A stretch of 43,749 nucleotides of DNA from the IMG/VR virus record IMGVR_UViG_3300044708_000031, positions 1-43,749 of that record; one strand, written 5' to 3'. A program made the translations under genes and the position numbers. This DNA comes from a virus (Duplodnaviria > Caudoviricetes). The notes below the pieces were generated by a model. The model ran no database searches, was not told the DNA's origin, and worked only from the letters and a program-made list of their open reading frames with translations. This document shows positions 1 to 8,401 of this stretch, piece by piece (position 1 is the first letter of the stretch; each line of letters opens with the position of its first letter).

Positions 1-84
1 AGAGGATCAGGACACGGCCGCCGTCACAGTCCGCCGCGGCGCGGCGGGGGGGCGCGAGCGCGCGGCGGATTCGAATGTCTGAGG

Positions 85-312
85 TCATGAGCGCTGCCCT
101 TCTCGTCTGGCGCGCTGCAGCAGTCGCGCACATCGTCGGCACGTTCTCCAACCGTTGTGATTTATCTTCGTGTTCTCCGGCGAGAATTCGTGACCGCGCT
201 TGCAGTGCGTGGGGTGGTCGCCGTGGGGGCGCTGGCCGAACTGTATTTTTTGTCGACGGCGCGGCCTCCACTCACCGCCAGCAATTTCCTCAAGATCGTC
301 GAGGTCGCTCAT
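85..312 (-). CDS. Small Zn-finger protein of the type found at the C-terminus of phage HNH proteins
   Basis: Motif THCKRGHEFSPENT...RTCRRC; ATGA overlap with the upstream gene. Confidence 0.65.
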   Translation of the reverse strand: MSDLDDLEEIAGGEWRPRRRQKIQFGQRPHGDHPTHCKRGHEFSPENTKINHNGWRTCRRCARLLQRARREGQRS

Positions 313-602
313 GACGCACTCGCAATCGCTTTGTCGAAGGCTGCGAGGACTTCAGCGTGGGTGCGCTCGGGGGCGTCGTTCCAGTCGGAAATCGAAGCCG
401 CATCGTCGGATAACCCCGCCGATGAGCGGAATGCATCCAATGCAGCAACGCGGCGAGCCCGCACATCGGCGGCTTCCTCAATCGCCTCACTGGCGCAGCA
501 TGTCGCGATGGGGCGGTCAAGAACGCGCGACCCCTGCCCCCACTTCGCAGGATCAGCGATGAGCGCGCGGGCTTTGATGAGGACGGGCAGTTCGGGTCTC
601 AT
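309..602 (-). CDS. Phage hypothetical protein (DUF6197-like)
   Basis: C-terminal WNDAPERTHAEVLAAFDKAI motif typical of this phage family; ATGA-coupled. Confidence 0.6.
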   Translation of the reverse strand: MRPELPVLIKARALIADPAKWGQGSRVLDRPIATCCASEAIEEAADVRARRVAALDAFRSSAGLSDDAASISDWNDAPERTHAEVLAAFDKAIASAS

Positions 603-829
603 GTGGCCCCCTGCGACACTTTGGCACTTGCGATGGTTGTGGATATCGGCGGTACGGGGGGCTTGGATTGCTGCCGGAACTCACGGTAGAAACGCTGTTT
701 TTGCTCAGCGAATCCAGATTTTGTCACAGTGTTTGCTAGCCGACATTCACGGGCATAGCCTTGAGCCAACACCGGGGGGCAAAACACCGGGGGGCGACAA
801 TGGGCAGAGTTATTCGGCTGGCCGATCAT
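599..829 (-). CDS. Hypothetical protein downstream of cro
   Basis: ATGA overlaps at both ends; no recognisable motif. Confidence 0.45.
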   Translation of the reverse strand: MIGQPNNSAHCRPPVFCPPVLAQGYARECRLANTVTKSGFAEQKQRFYREFRQQSKPPVPPISTTIASAKVSQGAT

Positions 830-1032
830 GCGCGGGCGCCTTGTGCAGGCAGAGCGCGGATCTCTTCCAGAAGACGCTCGATCGCCTTGCCGGCCGCGCC
901 GCGCGATGGCGGGCCTGCGGTTTCCCAGCGATGCACGGTGGTCTGGTACACGCCGAAGCGAGCTGCGAAGGCCGCTTGGGACTCCCCGAGGGTTTTGCGA
1001 GCGGCGCGAACGGTTTCCGGGGTTATGGACAT
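826..1032 (-). CDS. cro: Cro-like XRE HTH protein
   Basis: VRAARKTLGESQAAFAARFGVYQTTVHRWETAG HTH; divergent from the repressor; start taken at MSITPE. Confidence 0.85.
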   Translation of the reverse strand: MSITPETVRAARKTLGESQAAFAARFGVYQTTVHRWETAGPPSRGAAGKAIERLLEEIRALPAQGARA

Positions 1033-1039
1033 TCGGGCA

Positions 1040-1080
1040 CTATGCATGGCGCATAGCGAAAGTCAATGCCAAACGCATAG
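1040..1080. promoter_or_regulatory. OR-like operator pair overlapping the cro promoter
   Basis: CTATGCatggcGCATAG (1040-1056) and CAATGCcaaacGCATAG (1064-1080); - strand TTGACT at 1066-1061 and CATAGT at 1044-1039. Confidence 0.85.
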
Positions 1081-1096
1081 CGGCCCCGTGCAGGCT

Positions 1097-1423
1097 ATGC
1101 GCATGAAGGAACCGCACCAGCGCCTCGCCCATGCGCGTGAACTGGCGGGGTACGAAACCGCCACCGAGGCGGCCGACGCGATGGGTGCCCGCCGCCCGAC
1201 GTATATGGGGCACGAGAACGGCAGTCGCGGGTTCAAGGCCGAGGCCGAGCGCTATGCCCGGTTTTTCAGGGTTTCCTTCGAATGGCTGGCGACCGGCCGG
1301 GGCGAGCCGCGCCGGGAAAGCCTCGATGCCAGGGTGCAGGCTCTCCCCGCCGAGGAACAGCGCCGGGTCCGCGAATTCATCGAGTTCATTGAGAGCCGTC
1401 GCCCGCTACGTGACGTTGGGTAA
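1097..1423 (+). CDS. cI: CI-like XRE repressor, short, without S24 peptidase domain (start may be 1103)
   Basis: RLAHARELAGYETATEAADAMG...TYMGHENGSRG...YARFFRVSFEWLATGRG; flanked by both operator pairs. Confidence 0.85.
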   Translation: MRMKEPHQRLAHARELAGYETATEAADAMGARRPTYMGHENGSRGFKAEAERYARFFRVSFEWLATGRGEPRRESLDARVQALPAEEQRRVREFIEFIESRRPLRDVG

Positions 1424-1453
1424 TTAAATTATTTTGCGCTCGGCCTAACTTTT

Positions 1454-1497
1454 CTATGCATTATGCATTGACAGACGCTATGCGTTGCGCATAGGGT
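1454..1497 (+). promoter_or_regulatory. OL-like operator pair and PL-like promoter of the early + strand operon
   Basis: CTATGCattatGCATTG (1454-1470) and CTATGCgttgcGCATAG (1478-1494); TTGACA at 1468-1473. Confidence 0.85.
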
Positions 1498-1523
1498 GCT
1501 CTCACAAACAGAGAGCGCCCGCC

Positions 1524-1703
1524 ATGACCTTCATCGACACCAGCACCAGCCGCGAAGACCTCCTGACCGCAGTGTACGGCGACCTCAACGCGGTCGACTT
1601 CTTCATCAAGGCCGACATCGACCCCGAGTTCGTTGGCGACGATGTGATCCGCGAAACCCTGATCGCGTTCATCGAGGCGGGCGACGAATGCGCCCGCTCG
1701 TAA
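1524..1703 (+). CDS. Small acidic hypothetical protein, first gene of the early operon
   Basis: ATG after GAGAG; phage-like codon usage. Confidence 0.6.
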   Translation: MTFIDTSTSREDLLTAVYGDLNAVDFFIKADIDPEFVGDDVIRETLIAFIEAGDECARS

Positions 1704-1885
1704 GTCTGGAAAAGCAAGGGAAGGAATGGGTCGTGGTCACACGCTCAAACCGCAGGATTTACGCCAGCACTTGTTACGCCAAGGCGGTAGGCGTCCACGA
1801 ATATCTGGAACAGCGCCGCGCGGAAATGGAGGCCGAGACAAGGGCCTGCCGCGAAAAGCTTCGAAAAGCTTATTCGCCCGCCTAA
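1688..1885 (+). CDS. Hypothetical protein
   Basis: MRPLVSLEKQGKEW..., overlaps the previous gene end. Confidence 0.55.
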   Translation: MRPLVSLEKQGKEWVVVTRSNRRIYASTCYAKAVGVHEYLEQRRAEMEAETRACREKLRKAYSPA

Positions 1886-1909
1886 TCCCCTGCACAACGA
1901 GCAACAGCC

Positions 1910-2299
1910 ATGCCGACCATGAACCAAATCCAAGCCGAAATCGCCGCCGTCCTGAACGATCGTCACTACACACGTTTGGACCTCCTGAACAGAGACGGCA
2001 CCCGCAACGAAGCTGCATTCGCCTTCGTGCTGGCGCGGCAGATCGAACAGGAAACCAACCTGCGCCTCTGCATCGCGGCCGGCCTGCAAACCCCGCGCGA
2101 TATCTCACTCGGTGAAGTCACCGGATGGCGGCGTGAGGCTGCGGCAAAGGTCGATCAGTCCCTCGTGTCGGAAGATGAGCGCGCGCGCGTCGCGAAGAAC
2201 GAGCGGATCGAACTGGAGCAGTGGGTTCGCGCGATGCAGATCGCGGCGGGCAAGCAGCGCGAGGCAATGGATGCGGCGTACCAGATCGCGGCGGAGTGA
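1910..2299 (+). CDS. Hypothetical protein
   Basis: 129-aa ORF in operon order. Confidence 0.65.
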   Translation: MPTMNQIQAEIAAVLNDRHYTRLDLLNRDGTRNEAAFAFVLARQIEQETNLRLCIAAGLQTPRDISLGEVTGWRREAAAKVDQSLVSEDERARVAKNERIELEQWVRAMQIAAGKQREAMDAAYQIAAE

Positions 2300-2301
2300 A
2301 C

Positions 2302-2697
2302 ATGAGCACGGAAGAAACCAACCCCTTCGTTCCCGGCGCGCGCGTCGCGATATCGGATGGTTGGGACAATTGGCACGAAGGTTTCGTGGAGAAGGTCCAC
2401 AAGACGGGACGTTTCACGCTCAAAGACGGTAAGGGCCAACAATGGCGCCCCGTGAGCTATCGCGACAGTTATTGGCGCGCGTTCAAAACAGGCGTCGTTG
2501 GTTGGGATCGCTCATCGCTGCGAATTTGGGATGACGCCGCAGACGCTGAGATTAAGGAAATCTTTGCGGCACAGGCCCGCAGAAATCGTCATGTCGAACT
2601 GCGAAAGAGATTTGATCGCGTTGGCGCCGACGATCTGACCGACGCGATGCTCGACCAGATTTCGGATGCGTTACCGCCGGTGAAGGCCACCCCATGA
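2302..2697 (+). CDS. Hypothetical protein (SH3-like beta-barrel N-terminus)
   Basis: GGAG RBS; FVPGARVAI...GFVEKVHKTGRFTL. Confidence 0.6.
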   Translation: MSTEETNPFVPGARVAISDGWDNWHEGFVEKVHKTGRFTLKDGKGQQWRPVSYRDSYWRAFKTGVVGWDRSSLRIWDDAADAEIKEIFAAQARRNRHVELRKRFDRVGADDLTDAMLDQISDALPPVKATP

Positions 2698-2795
2698 CCA
2701 AATCCCAACGCGCCGCCCTCGACATCATCTTAACTACCGCAGCAATCGTGGCGGTCTTTCTGATCGTGCATTTCGGGCAAGGAACCAAGTGGTGA
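2694..2795 (+). CDS. 33-aa single-TM peptide (not in the ORF track)
   Basis: MTKSQRAALDIILTTAAIVAVFLIVHFGQGTKW; ATGA and GTGA coupling to both neighbours. Confidence 0.55.
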   Translation: MTKSQRAALDIILTTAAIVAVFLIVHFGQGTKW

Positions 2796-3109
2796 AAACA
2801 TCGCCCGATTTATTCGGATGGTCTCCGCCTCCCTATCGCGGAGAACCGCCAGCACAACACCACAGCCCGACCAGCGTGCAGGCAGCCGAACAGATCAAGC
2901 GCGCCATCGGCCCATTACACAAGAAGATATTGGCGCATTTGAACGTGCAGCCGAGCACCGACGAGGAAATGCAGCACTATCTCGACCTATCGGCCAACAC
3001 ACAGCGCCCGCGCCGTCGCGAATTGCAGTTGATGGAGCGCATCGAGGATAGCGGAGAGACGAGATTAACCCGGAGTGGCCGCCAAGCGGTCGTGTGGAGG
3101 ATCGTATGA
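2792..3109 (+). CDS. Winged-helix DNA-binding phage protein
   Basis: TSVQAA...ILAHL...STDEEM...TQRPRRREL...IEDSGETRLTRSGRQAVVW. Confidence 0.7.
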   Translation: MKTSPDLFGWSPPPYRGEPPAQHHSPTSVQAAEQIKRAIGPLHKKILAHLNVQPSTDEEMQHYLDLSANTQRPRRRELQLMERIEDSGETRLTRSGRQAVVWRIV

Positions 3110-3306
3110 GTACCGTCGAAACGTCACCAGAACGCGCTTGGGACATGGCTGTCTATTCGCTCACGACGGCAGCGAGCGCGGTCTACCAGATGTCCAAGTC
3201 GGATACCTACCGGGACCTCGCCGTCAAGGACCTGGGCCAAGTCAGTGAAGCGGCGCTTGCGATCAACCTCGCATGGTCGATCCTGCGCGCACGGGAGAAT
3301 GCGTGA
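3106..3306 (+). CDS. Hypothetical protein
   Basis: GGAGG RBS; ATGA-coupled. Confidence 0.55.
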   Translation: MSTVETSPERAWDMAVYSLTTAASAVYQMSKSDTYRDLAVKDLGQVSEAALAINLAWSILRARENA

Positions 3307-3989
3307 TGGCCAAGCTTCCAAAGTCGATTGCCGAGTTCATGGAAAGATTCGGCGTGCTGAGCGACGAAGTTTGGGAGGTGCGCGCTGGCGCGTTCGCCAT
3401 CAAGCACAGCGCCTTGGAACGCGTCGCCGCTGAGCAGAAAATCACCTTTCTTGCCCCCACCCTACTGCAAATCGACCTCCCGAACAAATTCGCCGGCATC
3501 TGCGTTGTCGGCAGGATCGGGGACCGCGAGGAATGGGCGACCGGAGAGGCTGCGCCATACAACAACAAGAACGGATACCCGCTCGCGATGGCCGAGAAAC
3601 GCGCGAAGGACCGAGTAACACTCAAATTGCTTCAGACACACGGCGCCCTTTATTCCGAGGACGAGGCCGACGACTTCAAGCGCCCGAATCCGCACGTCAC
3701 GAAGCCGACCGATATTGTCCCCGATATCGAATACGACGAGCACGGCGAGCCGGTGGACAATATCCCGTCTGGTGATCCTGGCATCGAACGCTTGCCCAAG
3801 GCGAAGGCGCGGCAGGATTTCGAAGCGGCGCAGAAGGAAATGTTTGCCACCGTCACCATCAAGCAACTCGAAGATTGGGGCGCGCGGAACGCCAACCGCA
3901 TCGCGTCGTTCCCGAACGATTGGCAAGCGATTTTCCGCGGCCTCTACGTAGAGCATCGCGACGAACTCCGCAAAGGCAAAGCAGCATGA
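3306..3989 (+). CDS. Putative single-strand annealing (recombination) protein
   Basis: GEAAPYNNKNGYPLAMAEKRAKDRVTLKL...HGALYSEDEADDFK core; position next to ninB and HNH. Confidence 0.55.
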   Translation: MAKLPKSIAEFMERFGVLSDEVWEVRAGAFAIKHSALERVAAEQKITFLAPTLLQIDLPNKFAGICVVGRIGDREEWATGEAAPYNNKNGYPLAMAEKRAKDRVTLKLLQTHGALYSEDEADDFKRPNPHVTKPTDIVPDIEYDEHGEPVDNIPSGDPGIERLPKAKARQDFEAAQKEMFATVTIKQLEDWGARNANRIASFPNDWQAIFRGLYVEHRDELRKGKAA

Positions 3990-4405
3990 GTCGTCACATG
4001 ATTGTTCTCTATTCGTCGGCCGACCGAGCGCGCGCAACGCAGTACATTGCGCAGGCTCCGGTCGGAACGCGGCTCGACATCAAGTCCGCGAAACGGTCGC
4101 TCGCGCAGTCAGACCGTATGTGGGCGATGCTCACGGACATTTCCAAGCAGAAGCAGCACGCGGGGCGAAAGTACACCCCGGACCAATGGAAGTGCCTGTT
4201 CATGCACGCCTGCGGCAAGGAAGTGCAGTTCATTCCGGCGCTGGACAATTCCACGTTCATCCCGTGGGGCAATCGATCGTCCGACCTCGGCAAGGACGAG
4301 ATGTCGGCACTGATCGACTTCATGCATGCCTGGGGCGCCGAGAACGGCGTCGAGTTTCACGACCAGCCGCCTGCGGTTCCCGAAGATATCCGGATGGCCG
4401 GCTGA
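3986..4405 (+). CDS. ninB: NinB/Orf family recombination protein
   Basis: KRSLAQSDRMWAMLTDISKQ...WKCLFM...SSDLGKDEMSALIDFMHAWGAENGVEF. Confidence 0.88.
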   Translation: MSRHMIVLYSSADRARATQYIAQAPVGTRLDIKSAKRSLAQSDRMWAMLTDISKQKQHAGRKYTPDQWKCLFMHACGKEVQFIPALDNSTFIPWGNRSSDLGKDEMSALIDFMHAWGAENGVEFHDQPPAVPEDIRMAG

Positions 4406-4406
4406 C

Positions 4407-4736
4407 ATGCGCCGCGAATTCTCATCCAAAACAAAACTCGCCGCATGGCAGCGCAGCGGCGGCCGATGCGAGGCCCCGGACTGTGGTCTGTACCTCACCC
4501 CCGGCAAGTTTATCTATGACCACCGCATTCCCGATCAACTCGGCGGCGAACCGACGCTTGAAAACTGTCAGGTGATTTGCTCGGCACACGACAAGGAAAA
4601 GACGCGCAAGGATGCAGGCGACATCGCGCGAGCCAAGCGGCGCGAGCAAAAACACCTGGGGATTAAGCGCCCCCGCACAATCCGTCAGTGGCGACGATTT
4701 GACGGCACTCGAGTTTATGCAGCGAGAGAGCGATGA
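4407..4736 (+). CDS. HNH endonuclease
   Basis: GGRCEAPDC...YDHRIPDQLGGEPTLENCQVICSAHDKEKT. Confidence 0.85.
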   Translation: MRREFSSKTKLAAWQRSGGRCEAPDCGLYLTPGKFIYDHRIPDQLGGEPTLENCQVICSAHDKEKTRKDAGDIARAKRREQKHLGIKRPRTIRQWRRFDGTRVYAARER

Positions 4737-4939
4737 CTTCACTTGGCTCGGAACTTCCGAAGGAAATGGCGCGCGTGCGTGATGTTCTGATGCCGCAATA
4801 TCTTGCCATTGGACCCGCTGGCGGCTTTGCGCTTGCGCTAATGCGCGCTGAACTGGACCGCGCCACGAAGGCGCTCGCCGAAGGCGATGTCGTGACGATG
4901 ATGCGCAGTTACGAAGCTCTCAAAGGATTCAAGGACTGA
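4733..4939 (+). CDS. Hypothetical protein
   Basis: ATGA-coupled; SLGSELPKEMARVR...YEALKGFK. Confidence 0.65.
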   Translation: MTSLGSELPKEMARVRDVLMPQYLAIGPAGGFALALMRAELDRATKALAEGDVVTMMRSYEALKGFKD

Positions 4940-4942
4940 GCG

Positions 4943-5125
4943 ATGAACATCCAAGCCATCCGTATCCATCTGAGCGCAGCCGCAAAACAGCAGCCCGAAC
5001 ACGCCCCCGTCTACAAGGTTCTGAGCAAGCAGTTCATGCATTTCGAGAACGCGCCCGAGAGCGAAAAGGCGGCACTACGGCCGGTTATCCGGGAGAGTTT
5101 GAAGCGGATTGAAACTGCGCGTTGA
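4943..5125 (+). CDS. Hypothetical protein
   Basis: 60-aa ORF in operon order. Confidence 0.55.
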   Translation: MNIQAIRIHLSAAAKQQPEHAPVYKVLSKQFMHFENAPESEKAALRPVIRESLKRIETAR

Positions 5126-5157
5126 TGGACGATGAGCGGTAGATTTCAAGGAGATAG

Positions 5158-5796
5158 ATGATGGAATACCACAAGATCGAAACCATTTTTGAACGTGATC
5201 CAAAGTCGTTCGTGGTCGATCCGACGAAACTCAAGGCGTCGGTGCTCGGCACGATCCGGGAATGGGACGTGACCGAAAAAATCGATGGAACGAACATCCG
5301 CGTGAAGCTGGCGCAGGATGGCACCGTGGCGTTCGGCGGCAGGTCGGACGCAGCGCAAATCCCATCCGACCTTGTGCAGTATCTCATCCGAAATTTCGAA
5401 CAGGATGCGCTTAAAACGGCGCTGTGGATTGGCGATCCGGTCGATGTGGTCCTGTACGGCGAAGGCTACGGCCCCGGTATCCAGAAGGGCGGCGGCCTCT
5501 ATCGGTCCGACAAATCTTTCATCCTGTTCGACGTGCTGGTTGCTGGCCAATGGTGGCTCGACCGCGAGGCGGTGGCCGACATCGCTCTCAAACTTGGCAT
5601 GGACACCGTTCCATATCTTGGCCGCATGACGCTCGATCAAATCGTTGAGCACGTCCGCGAGCCGTTCCCGTCAAAGCTCGGAACCGCAACCGCAGAGGGC
5701 GTCGTCGCGCGGCCAATCGAGACGCTGTTCGACAAGCGCATGAAGCGCGTCATCATCAAACTGAAGACCAAAGATTTTGTGGCGGGCAAGCGATAG
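5158..5796 (+). CDS. ATP-dependent RNA ligase (Rnl2-like nucleotidyltransferase domain only)
   Basis: Motif I TEKIDGTN, III LYGEGYG, IIIa FILFDV, IV AEGVVARP, V IIKLK; AGGGAG RBS. Confidence 0.85.
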   Translation: MMEYHKIETIFERDPKSFVVDPTKLKASVLGTIREWDVTEKIDGTNIRVKLAQDGTVAFGGRSDAAQIPSDLVQYLIRNFEQDALKTALWIGDPVDVVLYGEGYGPGIQKGGGLYRSDKSFILFDVLVAGQWWLDREAVADIALKLGMDTVPYLGRMTLDQIVEHVREPFPSKLGTATAEGVVARPIETLFDKRMKRVIIKLKTKDFVAGKR

Positions 5797-5829
5797 CTCT
5801 CGCTTAAGACCGCAGAGTGAGGAACGACG

Positions 5830-6282
5830 ATGACCACCTACTGCCTCGAAATGCGCTCGACCCAGAACTGGCAGGATGTTCGCTATCGCGAATACACGAC
5901 CAGCAGCAAGAAGGCTGACCTGTTCAAGCAGGTTCCCAAAATCAAGTTCACGGACAGCGGCCATGGGATAATCCCGGTTGTCAAAGAGCACAGCGGGCGC
6001 CGCGAACCGCGGAACATGATGCTGCAGGATCACGTCCTCGCGGCGATCATCGAACTCAACGCCGCGCCGATCCGAGAGCTTGTGAAGCGCGTCACGGCGA
6101 AGCGGCCGACCGAGGTCCATGGCGACGTGATCGAGGCGCTGACGCAGGCGCAGGAGTATTTCGAAAATCGCTCCGACGTGGTGGACGGTTCCTACGGCGA
6201 GCCGTCGCCCAACCGTGAAATGTCGCTGGCGCAACTCTGCAAGGATGCGCTCGCGCGCGTGTCGATGACCTCTACGAAGTGA
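5830..6282 (+). CDS. Hypothetical protein
   Basis: GAGGA RBS; 150 aa. Confidence 0.65.
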   Translation: MTTYCLEMRSTQNWQDVRYREYTTSSKKADLFKQVPKIKFTDSGHGIIPVVKEHSGRREPRNMMLQDHVLAAIIELNAAPIRELVKRVTAKRPTEVHGDVIEALTQAQEYFENRSDVVDGSYGEPSPNREMSLAQLCKDALARVSMTSTK

Positions 6283-6306
6283 CAACCACGACCAACGGAG
6301 ACTGAC

Positions 6307-6501
6307 ATGAACTTTCCAAAAAATCTCTACGTGAAGATCGACGGCGACAAGCCGGACGAATTTTTCAATGCAAGCAATGACGCCTCTGTGCTCGCGGAGT
6401 TCGGCGAGCAAACGAAGATTGCGACCTACCAGCTCGTGACGGTGCAAACGGGCGAACTGATTGCGAAATTCAGCCAGCTCCCGGCCAAGAAAAAGCGCTG
6501 A
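6307..6501 (+). CDS. Small hypothetical protein, tandem paralog A
   Basis: MNFPKNLYVKI...KIATYQLVTV; GGAG RBS. Confidence 0.75.
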   Translation: MNFPKNLYVKIDGDKPDEFFNASNDASVLAEFGEQTKIATYQLVTVQTGELIAKFSQLPAKKKR

Positions 6502-6537
6502 CGACTAGCAACCGAGTTTTAACCAGGAGACGACCCG

Positions 6538-6726
6538 ATGAACTTCCCCAAGAAACTCTTTGTGAAAATCGAAGGTGGAACGAGCGAGCAGTATTTCTCC
6601 GCGAGTGCGGACGCCGAAGTGCTTGTTGACATCGGAGACCGCGTGAAGATCGCGACATATCATCTCGTCACGGTCGAGATCGGCGAGGCCGCCGTAAAGC
6701 TGACGCCACTCCCGAAGAAGAAATAA
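6538..6726 (+). CDS. Small hypothetical protein, tandem paralog B
   Basis: MNFPKKLFVKI...KIATYHLVTV; AGGAG RBS. Confidence 0.75.
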   Translation: MNFPKKLFVKIEGGTSEQYFSASADAEVLVDIGDRVKIATYHLVTVEIGEAAVKLTPLPKKK

Positions 6727-6756
6727 CCGATGATGCCGAGACAGCGGTAAACCAAA

Positions 6757-7008
6757 ATGCAGTACCGGGCGAGCAATAGAAGAACCTTGGTGGCCGTCGG
6801 TTTCACCACCGAAAAAGGCCACAAGCAGGTCTGCATTCACCTAGAGCCATCTATGTTCGAAGAGCTGAAAATGCGCGCAATTAAGAACTGCCGATCAATC
6901 CGCTCACAAATTCGCGACTACATCGAAATGGGACTATCGGTTGATTGCGAGATGGAAGCCGATGCGGCGACCGACCCGCTCATTGCCGAACAACGCGGAG
7001 AGAAATGA
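6757..7008 (+). CDS. Ribbon-helix-helix (Arc-like) DNA-binding protein
   Basis: QVCIHLEPSMFEELKMRAIKNCRSIRSQIRDYIEMGL. Confidence 0.65.
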   Translation: MQYRASNRRTLVAVGFTTEKGHKQVCIHLEPSMFEELKMRAIKNCRSIRSQIRDYIEMGLSVDCEMEADAATDPLIAEQRGEK

Positions 7009-7559
7009 TGGGCGGGCCTCCGAACAAGGGCCGGGGCAAATGCGTCACCTTCTTGCGCGAGGCATTCGCGCGCGATGACGCGGACTGCATCATCTGGCCG
7101 TTCTCCACGAATGGTCTCGGCTATGGCGTGTTCGGGTATCTTGGGAAGAACCTGTACGCGCACCGCTTCTCCTGCGAGCTCAAGCGCGGGCCGGCGCCGA
7201 CCGATGGCCATCAAGCCGCGCACTCCTGCGGCAACGGTCACAACGGATGCATCAACCCGAACCATCTTTCGTGGAAAACAAATTCCGAGAACCAGCTTGA
7301 CCGGCGCGTTCACGGGACGCAGCGCGTGCGCGATGGCATCCGGCAAAAGCTGACCCGAGAGCAGGTCGCCCAGGTCCGCGCGCTCAAGGGCAAGCTTTCC
7401 CTTTTCGAGATAGCCGAGAAGTTCGGGGTGAAGCGCGGGTGCATCGAATACTGGCTCCGCACCGATCACGAGCCGATGAAGCCCGGAACCTCATCGGCTG
7501 CGATGTACCGCCGCCGGCAGAAACTCGCCGCGATGTCCGCACCTGAGCGAGAGAAATAG
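7005..7559 (+). CDS. HNH/His-Me homing-type endonuclease with C-terminal HTH
   Basis: CIIWP...GYG...AHRFSCE...AAHSCGNGHNGCINPNHLSWKTNSENQLD...KLTREQV...EIAEKFGV. Confidence 0.85.
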   Translation: MMGGPPNKGRGKCVTFLREAFARDDADCIIWPFSTNGLGYGVFGYLGKNLYAHRFSCELKRGPAPTDGHQAAHSCGNGHNGCINPNHLSWKTNSENQLDRRVHGTQRVRDGIRQKLTREQVAQVRALKGKLSLFEIAEKFGVKRGCIEYWLRTDHEPMKPGTSSAAMYRRRQKLAAMSAPEREK

Positions 7560-7561
7560 CC

Positions 7562-8053
7562 ATGAAATTCTGGTTCGATACCGAGTTCTATGAGGACGGC
7601 ATCACCATTGCGCTGATCTCGATTGGCGTAGTCGCGGAAGACGGTCGCCAGTATTACGCGGAAACCAAAGACTCGCGCCCCATGGCTTGCGCGTCGGAAT
7701 GGTTACGCGAGAACGTCTTTCCTCACTTGTCATTGCCTCCGCTCGAACGGAAGATTGACCGAGAGATAGCGCGCGACCTAATCGAGTTTATGGGCGAGAA
7801 GCCTGAGATTTGGGCCTATTACGCCGACTATGATTGGGTTGCGCTCTGCCAACTTCACGGCCGCATGATCAATCTGCCGAAGGGCTGGCCGATGTATTGT
7901 CGCGACGTGAAACAGCTTTGCGACGCGCTCGGCAACCCGAAATTGCCCGAGCAAAAATCCGCCGAACATCATGCGCTTGAGGACGCGATTTGGACGAGAG
8001 ATGTGTGGCAATTTCTTTCCGCGATGACCCCAGGTGAGCGAGAAAAGTCATGA
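7562..8053 (+). CDS. DEDDh 3'-5' exoribonuclease (Rv2179c/DUF5051-like)
   Basis: FDTEF...LISIGVVAEDGRQYYAE...YADYDWV...HHALEDA. Confidence 0.85.
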   Translation: MKFWFDTEFYEDGITIALISIGVVAEDGRQYYAETKDSRPMACASEWLRENVFPHLSLPPLERKIDREIARDLIEFMGEKPEIWAYYADYDWVALCQLHGRMINLPKGWPMYCRDVKQLCDALGNPKLPEQKSAEHHALEDAIWTRDVWQFLSAMTPGEREKS

Positions 8054-8400
8054 CCGACATCGTGCAGGAACTGCGGTCGAACGCGCAGCTTCCCGTGTGC
8101 CCTTACGACCGGCGCTCGCCTGACTACTGGACGGCGCCGAATGACAAGCCATGCGCGATCTGCGGCACGCTGAACGACCCGGATGCGCCCGACAAGTGCC
8201 GAGGCGCCGACACGCGCGTGATGGAGCGGGCCGCCGACGAGATCGAGAGACTTGAAACCTTCGTTGAGTTTGTCTTGCTTTGGATGACACGCGAGAGAGT
8301 GACTGATGCCGAGCGCGTGAGCGTTGTGAAGTATCATCCGCACCTGCAAGACATGATCGAAGCTCGCGCGTCGATTGCCACGGGTAAGGGAGGCAGTTGA
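8050..8400 (+). CDS. Phage protein of the DIVxxLR...AADEIERL family with a Cys-rich insert
   Basis: MTDIVQELR...CP...CAIC...C...MERAADEIERLE. Confidence 0.65.
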   Translation: MTDIVQELRSNAQLPVCPYDRRSPDYWTAPNDKPCAICGTLNDPDAPDKCRGADTRVMERAADEIERLETFVEFVLLWMTRERVTDAERVSVVKYHPHLQDMIEARASIATGKGGS

Positions 8401-8401
8401 G

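Noticed and set aside
157-1096. Long + strand ORFs 157-1056 and the 761 start for cI
   Set aside because: Antisense shadows of the cro operon in high-GC DNA. The repressor homology starts at 1097/1103.
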